Of a stretch of 64,000 nucleotides of DNA, positions 1 through 43,799 are shown piece after piece. A model generated the notes under the pieces. The model was given only the letters and a program-made list of their open reading frames with translations. It searched no databases and was not told the origin of the DNA. Every line of letters begins with the position of its first letter. Position 1 is the stretch's first letter. This DNA is from Amoebidium appalachense (Eukaryota; Protista; Ichthyosporea): the NCBI GenBank assembly GCA_963693365.1, contig CAVNZM010000006.1:1984001-2048000 (forward strand), read 5' to 3'. The translations under genes were made by a program, and so were the position numbers.

Positions 1-69
1 AAGAAAAATCAATTAGTTGGGGTTCCCCGTTTTCTTTCGGGCTCCCCTGGGACACTCGGTATCAGCTGG

Positions 70-120
<51 letters not shown>

Positions 121-869
121 CACTAGAATTTTGTAATGATGTGTTTCTCAAGCCAATCAATACATCTAATAAACAGGTCGTATAGTAATACACGTGTTTA
201 GTATAAAATCAAGGATATTGTAATTTTCAGGTAGGCTATCTTTCTGGGTGTCTGTTGTGAATGTGACGTGTGTGTGTTGCGGTATTATGTGGTCTATCAA
301 ACTACATTTGGCGATACATGACCGTTTAAACTGGTGTGTGTGTGTGTTGTTTGGGCCATGCAAACGATGCCACCTTATACTTATTAGATCTCCACTGTAT
401 AGCACGTGTACAGTAAAAGTGTGGTATGTGATCAATAATACCATCAGCTAGTCTAAGAGAAAGACCAATTCTACAGGAAGGTAATATCTATTTAGGTGTT
501 ACACATTTGCGAGTGCCATATTTGGCAATATGGTTAAGGCGGTCATTGTATATAAAACGAGACATAAAGCTTAGTTTTTCAAGGTGTATATATGCTTTCA
601 TCGGGTCTGGTGTCGTGTGGTATCTTTTTCCATTTGTTATATTGCGTAATTATCTTGTAGTTGTGTACATGTCTAATAAGTAAGTGGCAGTCCAAAGTCA
701 CACGCACACTTTTGCGGGGTTTATTTGTATTTGTGCCCGGGGGAAAAGGAGAGAGAGAGGGAAGGAAAGAGGGGAGAGGTGAGGAGGGGACAGGTCAGAT
801 AGAGAAGAGAGGGTGGGAGGGCAAATACTTCTTTAAGCGGCTTATGTGCTTATTGATTTTCAGCGCGAG

Positions 870-1250
870 ATGGGATACTCTAGCAGCTATTGGGACCAGA
901 CCATATATCGAGAGCGTTACAGGCCAGGTTTACAACAGTTGTTAGATAGAAAGGAGGCAACTTCTGCTTCAAGGAAATTTGCCAAGGGTTTAAGTGCTCT
1001 AGTTCTCTCTTTCTTGATCCAAGCGGCGAGAAGGGGTAAACCATATTCACATGCCGGGAAGACAAAAGTGCGAATAAATGTAAGTTTAATAGAAGGATGG
1101 AGGGGTGTGTCTTAAAAAATATTAGCCGAGAAGAAAGCTAACCGCTTACGAGCCAGCTCTACCCTCTTTTCGACCATATGGGAAAACATAACACCAACAG
1201 AATTAACCGGAACACCAAGATATTTGTATTCTGGAACGTATGTGCGGGTG
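870..1250 (-). mobile_element. Degenerate non-LTR (LINE) retrotransposon fragment, RT C-terminal/thumb region
   Basis: Minus frame reads ...VPEYKYLGVPVNS...RKRLAFFSANIF*DTPLHPSIKLTFIRTFVFPACEYGLPLL..., matching the LINE RT YKYLG motif and the downstream K..l..tf..P..eYg motif; in-frame stops at 1112-1114 and further downstream. Confidence 0.7.
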
Positions 1251-1798
1251 TAGGTTGGAATTAATATACACAACACATGCATTTGGGGTGTGTTCGTGCG
1301 TAATTTAGCCCATCCACATGGCAAATAGGTTCTGCCACAGAAGCAGTGCATAGTGCAAGCAGCCGGACCCCGTCACGAAGATTCCGTTCAACTGCTGCCC
1401 ATAGATGCAGGGAAGCAAATCGCCAAATTCGGGTCCTGCACACAAGGGAATTTCCGTTCAGAATTTCATATCCAAACAGCTGATGAACATATAGGAATTC
1501 CACAACTAAGCCAGAATTGCAGGGAATCATGAGCATATAAGCAGGCCAAACCTTAAACGGAATGGGTAACGAAAGGTGAGTGCAATCGAGATTGCGATCC
1601 CGGGCTACAAATGTGGATGGGCTCTCTGCAGTACTACCCCTTGAATTAATAAAATTTTAATAAAAAAAAATGCAGTTCCACTTAAGAGCCATCCACTACA
1701 TGCATATGCTTATAGAAGGCCCTACATAATAGCAAAAGGCCACACGGTATGATGGAATGCATGTGCCCATATGGCTGGATGCGAACGGAGAGATACTC

Positions 1799-19509
<17,711 letters not shown>

Positions 19510-20680
19510 CTGTGAGGAAAAGCAGAATGAGGCACAGGTCAGGCACACAACGGCAAAACTAGGCAACACACCCCATGTTTGTTATTTGCCACCCCTACAA
19601 TCCCTACTAGAAACAGGAAGATGTACAAAACCCCACACACAATCGGACCGTACCCATCGTCTCTTCAGTGACTAGAACCTTTGCTACTGCTCTGTCTCCT
19701 TGAATCTTGCCCCCGCTTTCTGGGTATTTGTGCACATGTTCGAGTATGTGGATTTTCTCAGCAAGCATGACTAAATTGTTGTACGTCGAGGTAGTTGGGG
19801 TGAGTGCTCCACATGTTCTTAAAAGTGCACATAACCGACAAAGGTGCACACAGATTTCACACCAGCAAACATCACACCAAAACACCGTCAGGAATCTTAG
19901 TCCAGGCAGAGTGACAAAGGGCTTGCCTTAACATGTGCAGCAGGGCAGGCCCCTTGTTCGCACGGGTACCTGCTGGCTTGTAGAGTGCAATAGTGGTGGG
20001 CTATTGCGTGGCATACTGCAAAAAAATTGGTCAGGATTCCCCCAACATGACATCGATTTCTTGCTAGTCTACTTGTAAAAGCAAGAATTCCACTCAGTTC
20101 TTCACCCTGTTACACTGCAAACAAGTAAATCATCGACGAGACGTTCGTACTTCTCAAACTCATGTCAGAGCAACGATAAACTTTTCCTAATTGAGAGTTA
20201 TTGTATTCTTGGTCATTAACATACAATAAATTTTGTGGTTAACATACCTGAACATTGCCGCCCTTGTTTTCTTACTCCCCAGACGAACTCCCCACAATAG
20301 CTACAACTGGTGTAACTTAGGAAGGTGGTGTCTCGGAAGCTGTGAGCATACATCATGATCCCGGAGCCTGTGAGGCACCCACTGTTAGCTCTGTATACAC
20401 TCGTGTTGTACTTGCAGGAGTCACCACAAATTGATGAAGACCCTATGCAGTGGTGACGCGAAACACTTGATAAGACAGCCCCAGCCTACTTGCTACTCCA
20501 CGTGAACAGTGCATGCCCAAACACAAACGAGCAAAAGTGTGTGCACGCGAGCACGCGAGCACGCCTCCTTCCCCTCAAGAACACACACACACACACACAT
20601 TCACACGCACATAGGCACAGACACCCACAGACAGACACACACACACTCACACACATCACGCACGCACGCCTACACAAACG

Positions 20681-20767
<87 letters not shown>

Positions 20768-20777
20768 CACGCACGCC

Positions 20778-20838
<61 letters not shown>

Positions 20839-20856
20839 CACGCACGCTGACACAAC

Positions 20857-21006
<150 letters not shown>

Positions 21007-21025
21007 TGCGGACCTCACGCATGCA

Positions 21026-21057
<32 letters not shown>

Positions 21058-22408
21058 CACACACACGCATGCGCACCTCACGCATGCACGCACGCACGCA
21101 CGCGCGCACACACACACAGACACACAGACACACAAGGAGGAGAACTCAGCACGCTCTGTGCAATATGCCTGGACGAGCGGCTTTACCTGGCCTTTGGTCC
21201 ATCTTTGTTGGTTCCTCAGCACCTCCCTTCGAATGTGAGTACTTGAGGATCAAAAATCTACTAGTTGTGTTTGTTTTACTACAGCAAAGTGTATAGAAAT
21301 TATAGCGTATAACCTCGTTGACAGAATCGCACCTATATCATGTTGTTTCACAAGGTACTGTACACTCTGTTCTGGTATCATCCTGTGGAAACAGGGAGGA
21401 AGGTAATCGAAAAATAGAATACCTGATTTATAACAATATCAATTGGCTGTCATCATTTGTTCAGCGTAAGAATGTGCGGAGCCCGGCTCCTATTGGTACC
21501 ACACATTGTTGTCGACTCAACAATATCACCGAGGCCGGGATGGCGGGTCGGAGCGTTCGTTTCCAAAAGGCTTTTTTTTTTTTTTTTTTTTTTTGGGGGG
21601 GGGGGGGGGGGGTCCCAACAGCTATGTACTCAGAGGTACACGCATATACTTTCTGTGATCAGTTTACAAGACTGCCACGGTTGCAGCTTCAATAAAATAT
21701 CGGCAATGCACCATCTCCGTTCTAATTCATGCACACAGCATAAGAACATATCCAGCAAAGTTTTTACAACGACCCTGAGACCGTAACTGGTTGCAATCCA
21801 CTGAGTCGTTCCTCCTCTTATAACTCAAGTTTGGTAGCCGCTAACATCGACTGTAAGCTCTTACTTAGTTTATCACGCATGTGATACTCTACTTATTTTT
21901 CTTCCTAGCATTACATAGCCGGTTTGCACATAAAAGGCAACTCAGCTGCGCAAGGAAGATGTTTGGATCAAGGCGAGATCTGGGTACTAGGCGGAGTATT
22001 CCTGCGCGTAGGTGACATCCTGAACCCTCTTGTCCATATGTTATTCAAGTGGTTTGAAAGTGAAGACCACGTCTATTTAATGTGACTCTACATTCCATAC
22101 TCTTTAACTCTGTTTTTTTTTTTCCGCGGCCACTGTTGACGGATGTTTCCTTACCACCTACTGAGGCGGTGTCTCCTTTCTTTTTTTTTCTTTTTTTTTT
22201 TTTTTTTTTTTTGGCTTAAAAGGGACGCCTGAAGTAGATGTATAACGTCGCACGTGCGGCAACACGTCAGTACGTGTTAGGATGTTTCCTGGTCTCTTGA
22301 GAGTTCTTTGACAGATGGTGTCCGCTTCCTCTCTCCCCTTGAGGGAGGGAGGGAGGGGGGAGAGGAGAGGGTGAAAGAAAGAAGAGTTTGGGGAAAGACT
22401 GGGTGAGT

Positions 22409-22457
<49 letters not shown>

Positions 22458-22616
22458 GGGGGGGCAGTTGGGGTGTTTATAAGGGTGAGGGAGGGGGGGC
22501 AGAGGGAAAGAGAGAAAAGCTGGGGGGAGCCGGGCGGGGCGGGGCGGGGGGGGGGGGGGAAGGAGGGGAAGGGGGGGGGGAGGGGCGGGATTGATATGCA
22601 CAGAGTGCAGGGACTC

Positions 22617-22735
<119 letters not shown>

Positions 22736-22736
22736 C

Positions 22737-22769
<33 letters not shown>

Positions 22770-23252
22770 CCTCTCCCCCTCCCTCTCCCTCTCTCTCTTC
22801 CCCCCTCCACCCACCCACCAACCCACCCCTCCGTCATCCGCACCTCTTCCCCCCTTCTGCCCCCTTCTGCCAACCCCTCTTCCCTTTCCCCCATCTTTGC
22901 TGTTAATTCACCTTTTTTCCTCCTCCTACCAACATGTGCCCTTGAACCCTACTCTATGCTCTTTCTTCGTCCCTTGTTCCCTTTCCCCTTACATTTCCCT
23001 TTTCCTTGCTCCTGCTAATGAATTGCTTTTCCCATTTTGAAGCCCACGTTGTTATGTGGACCCTTTCCCTTTTCTGCCCATCCCGCCCCCCTCCCCCCCC
23101 CCCCCCCCCCCCCCCCCCCAACCCCAATTCCCTTTCTCCCAATTTTTTTTCTTTCTTTTGTCTATGTACTGCTAGTAAAAATCATGGGTCTGCTGGGGTC
23201 ATGACATTTGCCCCTCTACGATAAGATACTCACGCTCATAATGCTCGCACAG

Positions 23253-37139
<13,887 letters not shown>

Positions 37140-37237
37140 CCCCAAGCTGTTGCCGCCATTGACTGGGCGTGCCTGGTAGATGTGTGCGCACTTTTCTTTT
37201 AGACTCGCACATCGTAGGGCCCCCACGGGGGGGGGGG

Positions 37238-37280
<43 letters not shown>

Positions 37281-37536
37281 GGCATACAAGAGATCTTGAA
37301 GGCTGTTGAGAACTCGTGTCGAGCAACAGATAAAGCAAACCCCCTGATCACTGATATTACGGTTGCCAAGGACGGGAGGGCTATGTTAGGTGAATAATAA
37401 TAACCCGTAAAAGAGGCATGCATCGCCCTTAGCTACAGGCTATCTGATTTGTACAAATATGTTATGTGTCTATTGATCACCCCCTGCCCCCCCTCCCCAC
37501 TCCCCTGAGTGTACACACACACACACACAAAGCGCG

Positions 37537-37603
<67 letters not shown>

Positions 37604-38109
37604 TGGCACATGGTCGACCACACACACAAACACGTAATTGGCATCTTAAGACGAAAAACTTGGTTAGATTAGTTATAGGCCCATCATTGGCATGATCAGA
37701 CAAAAAAACGGCAGCATTTTGTTATGTACATAATATTTAGTTCGGCTTCAGTTATTATATCATTAGAGCTACTGTGAAAGGCCAGAAAAATAAAGGTTGT
37801 GCATGTGCATGAGCTCTACGTGTATACATGGCTGGCTACCTTGGCAATGTTTGGTCTGGTTCAATGCATGTGGTATAGCTGGCCGGCTGATTCTGTGTCC
37901 CGGGTCGCCCTGGCCCAAGGGGATAAAAATGGGTGGGTGCATATTTAAAATTGGGGGGGATTGGGGAACATGTGATGGGAGAAAAAAGGACGGGAGTGTG
38001 GCATACAAAAGCCAGACCTATACGGAAAAAACTTTGACGGTGAGTCAGCCTCTAGCGGAGCTAGAGGGTCCACCGTTTCTGGAGGTCAAAACGCCTGTCC
38101 TGTGTTTTT

Positions 38110-38239
38110 CACATCACTCACTCGTGCTTGCCTCATGCCCCCCGTGTCCGTGGAGTGCAGGCCGTCGTGCCTGCACCCAAGGGGCTGGCCGAGGCGGGGG
38201 CCGCCAGGGGGGGTCCATGCCATGAGCCCCCCCGCACCA
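38110..38239 (-). repeat. Split direct repeat B2 of element 2 (copy of B1 38632-38762)
   Basis: CACATCACTCACTCGTGC...CCCGCACCA at both positions. Confidence 0.95.
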
Positions 38240-38353
38240 GCCGGGGCTGGGCCCCGCCTCGACATGCTTTATTGCCGCTGCAATCGGGCTGTGAGCCAGT
38301 CACAGTCGCATACGTACACCGTCATGTATACAGACTGAGAGGTGGGTGGGTGG

Positions 38354-38762
38354 GAGCCGCCGTGTGCTAGCCACCGAAAACGCAATCGTGCTAACAAAAA
38401 CCGTACGTGCAGCACACGGCGAAAACGAAGGTGGCCTGCATCTGCAGTGTGCTGCGCCGGAAATACCGGCGCTGGTGGCGCCTGACGTCAGGCGCTGCGC
38501 CAGACCGATGTCAGCCGCTGCTGCGGCTGCGCCTGGCGCCGCGGCCCGTGACGTCATGGGCCGCCCGGCTGCCTGCGCCCGAAGTGATCCGTGAAACATC
38601 TTTCATCTGCTGCGCATATGAAACGTACATTCACATCACTCACTCGTGCTTGCCTCATGCCCCCCGTGTCCGTGGAGTGCAGGCCGTCGTGCCTGCACCC
38701 AAGGGGCTGGCCGAGGCGGGGGCCGCCAGGGGGGGTCCATGCCATGAGCCCCCCCCGCACCA
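38354..38762 (-). repeat. Internal B1-A2 block of element 2
   Basis: A2 38354-38631 matches 43521-43799 and abuts B1. Confidence 0.95.
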
Positions 38763-38772
38763 CAAGGCCCCC

Positions 38773-39890
38773 CTACTGCGATGTAGGGGGTCCGCCCCAA
38801 GGTCCCGTGGCGAGGCCCTGGTGTGACCAGACGGTGGCAATGGAGGCTTGCACGTCGCGGTGGGGCAGCCGGATGTAGACCATGAATGCGTCTGATGCCC
38901 AGCGGCCAAGGGCTTTGATGGTGGCGTCAGGTAGGCCCGCTCTCTCAGCTGCAGTGGCCCCCCCTATGCGCAGGCTGTGGCCGGCGTACCGGTCGGGGTC
39001 GTAGCCCGCATGGTGTAGAGCTGTGCGGAAACCGGCGATGAAGGTGCTCTTGAGGTAAGGGCTGCCGTCGACGCTGAACAGGGGTGCATCTGGGTGGATG
39101 CCTGCCCTGGTTGACGAGACCCCCAGGAAGAGGGCTAGATTGGCTGCTGGGCAGAAGGAAGGCTCCTCCGGGAAGGCGGGCACCCGGATGGTAACACCCT
39201 TGCCCGTGGGGTCGGTCTTAGATGTCGGCAGGAAGACTGTTGCCCCAATCAGGCGGCCATCCTGCCATAGGAGCTGGACGTCGCGACGCTTGGCGTGAAG
39301 GAGGGGGTTGAACTTGGCCGCAGATTTGGACGTGAACTCGCCCGAGCGCAGGAGGCACGAGCTGCCAAGCAGCAGGGCAGCCCACAGACGCAGGGCCTCC
39401 AATGAAGAGCCCGGTTGGATGACTGGGAGGAGGGCGCGGAGGTCGGCTGGGAGGAGGGGCTCGAGCACTCGTTTGGGCCGGTGGCTGCCTTCCAGCAGCA
39501 GGAAGCGGCCAGCCCCGCGGATAAACCACTGAAGGCTCTGCTGGCCGGAGCCCGCTGGTGGTGCCATGCCCAAGCTGCGGTGCAGGCTGTTGACGGCGGA
39601 GACGATGCTGGGCATGGTCCGGGCTTGCACCGCACGCATGGCGCACCAGGCAAGGAACAGCTGCACTTGGGCTGGGCAGGCTGGCAGGTAGCCACCATCA
39701 GGATTGCGGCAGTCCATTGCGTAGATGAAGTCGATAAACTGGCGCTGGTAGGACGAGTAGGAGGACTCCGTGCTGTCGCCCACTGACAGCCGAGTGATGG
39801 TGCGGGCCACCTCCGGGACACGGGCCAAAACCTCGGGGGTGAACCACTGGGCAAGCCTACCATGGTCGCCACCAAAGGGGAGCAAGCCAC
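38773..39890 (-). CDS. Tyrosine recombinase of element 2 (no ATG at the start; preceded by a 3' splice site)
   Basis: LLRSGEF, SKTD, HSLRIGGAT, GRWASDAFMVY; clearly homologous to the element 1 YR. Confidence 0.93.
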
Positions 39891-40003
39891 CTGCAGGGAC
39901 AGAGCTGTGTGAGCATCATGCCTAGAGTCCCAGGGGGGGGGGGGGGGTAAAGGCAACGAGCGGGGTGGGCGGCAGGCAAGCGGGTGCACAGGCAGGCAAA
40001 CAA

Positions 40004-40035
<32 letters not shown>

Positions 40036-40259
40036 CGTAGCTAAAGGGCAGAGGATGCATGCAGCGCTGGCAGGGAGGGCGGGGGAAGGGGAGGGGGGGT
40101 ATGCGCGCACAAGCCGCGGTGTACTGCGTGCGTGTGTGTGCGCTAGTGTGTGGGTGTGTATGAGCATGTGTGTGTAACACCGAGGTTAAGCATGCACGAT
40201 CGAAGGGGCGGGTGGAGGGGGTGGCAGGGTGGGGTTGGGGGGGGTTGGGGGGAGGGAAG

Positions 40260-40297
<38 letters not shown>

Positions 40298-40589
40298 GAC
40301 ACGCCACAAGCAGTTGGCACTGCGGGCCAGCACAGAACAAAGAGGCACACCGTGTGTACACCGTAAGACCGTAATGTATTGTCCCAAACACTCCACCGGG
40401 TGAGTGAGGGAATCCGAGCGAATTCATGTAGTGGGGGGGGGCCGGCCCCGGCCGCCACTGCAGAACATGACTCGTGCGATATACAAAGTGGGAAGGGGGG
40501 AAGGGGGGGTGTCGGTGCCCCCCCACAGCCCACACGCCAAGCCCAATACGAAGGCAAAGGAACAGGGGAGGGGGCTCGGCCCAGCCCCA

Positions 40590-42470
40590 TCACGAGAGAG
40601 GGGCAGCAAACCACCCCGCTAGCCACTCAGGCACGGGTGTTGGGACTGGTGCGTGCCACGGGTGCAGCCGGTCGAAAGTGGCCCACTGTGCTCGCGAGAT
40701 GGCATCCGCAATCGAGTTTTCCACGCCAGGGATGTGCTTGGCCGAGACCAGCACCGTGTAGCGCATTTCCATCAGCGTGATGAGACGCAGCACCCGGGCA
40801 ATGGCAGGGACGGGGGAGTGACGGGACGCGATCGTAGATACTGCACCGTCGTTATCGGTGAGCACGCGTATGTGGCTGTTGCGACAGCTGGGACCCCAAC
40901 AGGCCAGGGCCACGGCAATGCCAGCCAGCTCAAACAGCACGGAAGCCCACACATCTCCGCCAGCAATGACCGTGCGCCAATGGTCCGTCCATGCTAGGTG
41001 AAACCACGCTTGACCCCAGTAGCCACCGCATCCTATGCTGCCGGCCGCATCTGTGGTGAACATGTGATGCACGGGGGGGGTAAGCACACGTATGCCGTTC
41101 CACTCGGGGAGGAACTCCGACCACAGCACAACGTCGGCTCGTGCGTCGGCGCAGACACGGATGTGGTGGTGGGGCCCTAGGCCGGCCCTCTCAGCCTCCG
41201 CCAGCAGATGAAGCAAGCGTTGAAGAAAGGCACGGGCACGCCCCAGCGCTACAACCTGAGCACACCACATGAGCTTGCCGCACAGGGACCGTAGGTCTCG
41301 AACAGTGGCCTTGGTGCGACCCCGCCAATCGGCTAGCAGGGCCCGGAGCTCGGTCAGCTTGACGGCAGGTAAGCGGGCCTCCATGCGCAGAGTGTCCCAC
41401 TCGAGCCCAGAGTAGATGAGCGTGTGTGAGGGCAGCTGCACTTTGTCGTCGGCAAGCGTAACACCCACCTTCGAGCACACCCACCGAAACACCAGCATGT
41501 TGAAGGCGCACTCTTGCAGCGTACGGCCGCCGAAAAAGAAGTCGTCCACAAAATGCTGTGTCTCTGTGGCGTTGAGGGCGTGGGCGAAGTGCTGCAGGGC
41601 CTGAGCTATGCGTTCCCAGAACGCTGGGCTGGACCGCAAGCCAAACGGTAGGCGGGTCTCCACATAGAACGCGCCTAGCAGCTGGAACGACAGCAGTGGC
41701 TGGTCGTCTGGGTGCACCGGGCCGTGACGAAAGGCACCCTTCACGTCGTATGCCCCGAGGAAGCAGCCCTGGCCGAGCCGAGCTACTGTTTGCATCACCG
41801 TGCGGATGGTGATGTACTCCAGCTGATCCGGGTAATCGACCCCATCGTTGATACTGGAGCCACGCGGGAAGGAAAGGTCGTGGATGCGGCGGACGCCCGT
41901 GCCGCCCTTTTTGGGAACTGCCCCGAGGGGCGAGGATACAAAATAAGGATAAAGGGCCACCATCTCGTCGCGGGTGAAGGGGCCCAGGATGTGGCCGCAT
42001 GCCACTTCCTTCGCAATGTCGGCTGCAAGCTGCTCACGGGCCGCCAGCGCGGACGGGTGGTTTCGGCCCACCCGGGTGACCCGCTCGCCGAAGTAACCGA
42101 CCGAGAAGCCCAGCTCTAAGTCGCGGAGCAGAGCCTGCTGAAACGCACTGTCGGGGTGCGGAAACAACTCAAACAAACGGCGGAAGTTGGGGACAGATAC
42201 GGTCTGTGGTGGTGCCGCTGGGGGGGGCGACCATGGGCCCCGCAGGGCAACGGAGAGGGCAGGCCCAGCGCGGACGTCAGCCCCTGCCCGAAAGGGGGCT
42301 GGGCCCCCTAAGCCGGGTTGGCCCCCCCTTCCCCCGCCCCGTTGGCTGGGTTGGGAGGGCAGGCGTGTGCGCCGTGCGCCGCTGAGCCGCACTTCAGGCA
42401 GGCGTGCTTGTAGCGGCAAGGGTTGGGTCCCTTCCTGGTGCAGCCCTTGGCCGTGTTGAAGCCCCGGCAT
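40590..42470 (-). CDS. pol: Reverse transcriptase + RNase H of element 2
   Basis: VRRIHDLS, DVKGAFRH, LPFGLRSSP, FVDD; RNase H TDAAGSIG, FELAGI, TDNDGAV, NSIADAISR. Confidence 0.95.
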   Translation of the reverse strand: MPGLQHGQGLHQEGTQPLPLQARLPEVRLSGARRTRLPSQPSQRGGGRGGQPGLGGPAPFRAGADVRAGPALSVALRGPWSPPPAAPPQTVSVPNFRRLFELFPHPDSAFQQALLRDLELGFSVGYFGERVTRVGRNHPSALAAREQLAADIAKEVACGHILGPFTRDEMVALYPYFVSSPLGAVPKKGGTGVRRIHDLSFPRGSSINDGVDYPDQLEYITIRTVMQTVARLGQGCFLGAYDVKGAFRHGPVHPDDQPLLSFQLLGAFYVETRLPFGLRSSPAFWERIAQALQHFAHALNATETQHFVDDFFFGGRTLQECAFNMLVFRWVCSKVGVTLADDKVQLPSHTLIYSGLEWDTLRMEARLPAVKLTELRALLADWRGRTKATVRDLRSLCGKLMWCAQVVALGRARAFLQRLLHLLAEAERAGLGPHHHIRVCADARADVVLWSEFLPEWNGIRVLTPPVHHMFTTDAAGSIGCGGYWGQAWFHLAWTDHWRTVIAGGDVWASVLFELAGIAVALACWGPSCRNSHIRVLTDNDGAVSTIASRHSPVPAIARVLRLITLMEMRYTVLVSAKHIPGVENSIADAISRAQWATFDRLHPWHAPVPTPVPEWLAGWFAAPLS

Positions 42471-43371
42471 ATCTCATCCGCAGCAGGGGCCGGGCTGGCG
42501 CGAGGGCTGGCTGTGGCCCCCCCAGAGGCAGGCTGCCGGGGTGTGCGGGGAGCGGTGGGTGCCTGGTGCAGGCGGGCACCAGACAGGGACACGGCCAGCT
42601 GCACAGCGTCGGGTGCGTCGAGTGGGCGGCCAGAGGCAGCGCACGACCGGCGGTGTGCATCCTCCCAGCGCATGATGGCAGCCCACTGGTACTCGGGTGC
42701 CAACTCAGTGGCCACAAACTCGGCGTGGGCCAGCAGGGCCGTGACGGGGGCGTCGGCGTTGATGCGTAGGCGTAGCAGCCGCTGCAAGATGCAGCGCAGG
42801 TAGGTCTGCAGGTCCGGGCACAGGGCGGGCTGGCGCTGGGTGCCAGGCGTCTGCAGCACAACCGTGCCAGCAGGCAGGCCAGGCAGGGAAACCGGCTGGC
42901 GCTGCGTGTGGACAGAAGAGCCCGTGGGCGGCAGCAGGTCGAGTAAAGCGAAATGCTGCATAGGCTCGAAGATGGCAGCCCCCCGGACCTCCGGGGACAG
43001 GTGGGGGCAGGGTGGGTTCGACTGGCTGCGCTGGCTGGCCCCCCAAACGGCCAGTTGCAGGGCATTGGGCGGCGGAGGCAGCTGGTGCATGTCGCCGCCC
43101 TGAGGGTCCTCCTCACGGGGGCGCTTGTTGGCGTTGCCGGGGGGTTGCTCTACAGCATCCACGGCCCCCGCCGCAGCGGCAGGGGGCCCCGTGACAGGGG
43201 GGTTCCTACCGGTTCCGCCCCCGCCAAGGTTGACGAGGTGGGGGAAGGCGCGCAGGAGAAGATCTTGCTGGGAAGGGGGGGCCGGGCTGGCCTGCAGGGC
43301 CTGACGGGTCGCGTTGGCCACCTCAGAAGCAAACATGCGAATGGTCGCTGCCAGCTCAGGGGTCAGGGCAA

Positions 43372-43443
<72 letters not shown>

Positions 43444-43516
43444 CGTCCTGCACAGGAGGGCGCGCCTCCTGCCCTGCCTGTGCTGCAGGGCCATTGTCTG
43501 TTGGGTCTACTTCCAT
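42308..43516 (-). CDS. gag: Gag-like protein of element 2 with poly-Q and C-terminal CCCH/CCHC fingers
   Basis: ATG at 43516 in AGTATGG context just after A1; Q22; CRGFNTAKGCTRKGPNPCRYKHACLKCGSAAHGAHAC. Confidence 0.85.
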
Positions 43517-43520
43517 ACTT

Positions 43521-43799
43521 GAGCCGCCGTGTGCTAGCCACCGAAAACGCAATCGTGCTAACAAAAACCGTACGTGCAGCACACGGCGAAAACGAAGGTG
43601 GCCTGCATCTGCAGTGTGCTGCGCCGGAAATACCGGCGCTGGTGGCGCCTGACGTCAGGCGCTGCGCCAGACCGATGTCAGCCGCTGCTGCGGCTGCGCC
43701 TGGCGCCGCGGCCCGTGACGTCATGGGCCGCCCGGCTGCCTGCGCCCGAAGTGATCGGTGAAACATTCTTTCATCTGCTGCGCATATGAAACGTACATT
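43521..43799 (-). promoter_or_regulatory. Repeat A1 of element 2, putative promoter
   Basis: GC-rich, two TGACGTCA (CRE-like) palindromes, directly upstream of the gag ATG. Confidence 0.5.

Larger units (their letters stand above)
38108..43799 (-). mobile_element. Tyrosine-recombinase (Ngaro/PAT-like) retrotransposon, element 2, full length
   Basis: gag, RT-RNaseH and YR on the - strand; repeats A1 43521-43799, B1 38632-38762, A2 38354-38631, B2 38110-38239; A copies differ by about two changes, B copies by one C in a run; no TSD. Confidence 0.95.

Noticed and set aside
38110-38239. HDV-like ribozyme in element 2 repeat B (sense GGGGGCU/AGCCCCU P1-like pair, GUGCAGGC/GCCUGCAC hairpin)
   Set aside because: No P2 helix or proper J4/2 could be built, and element 1 repeat B has no equivalent fold.
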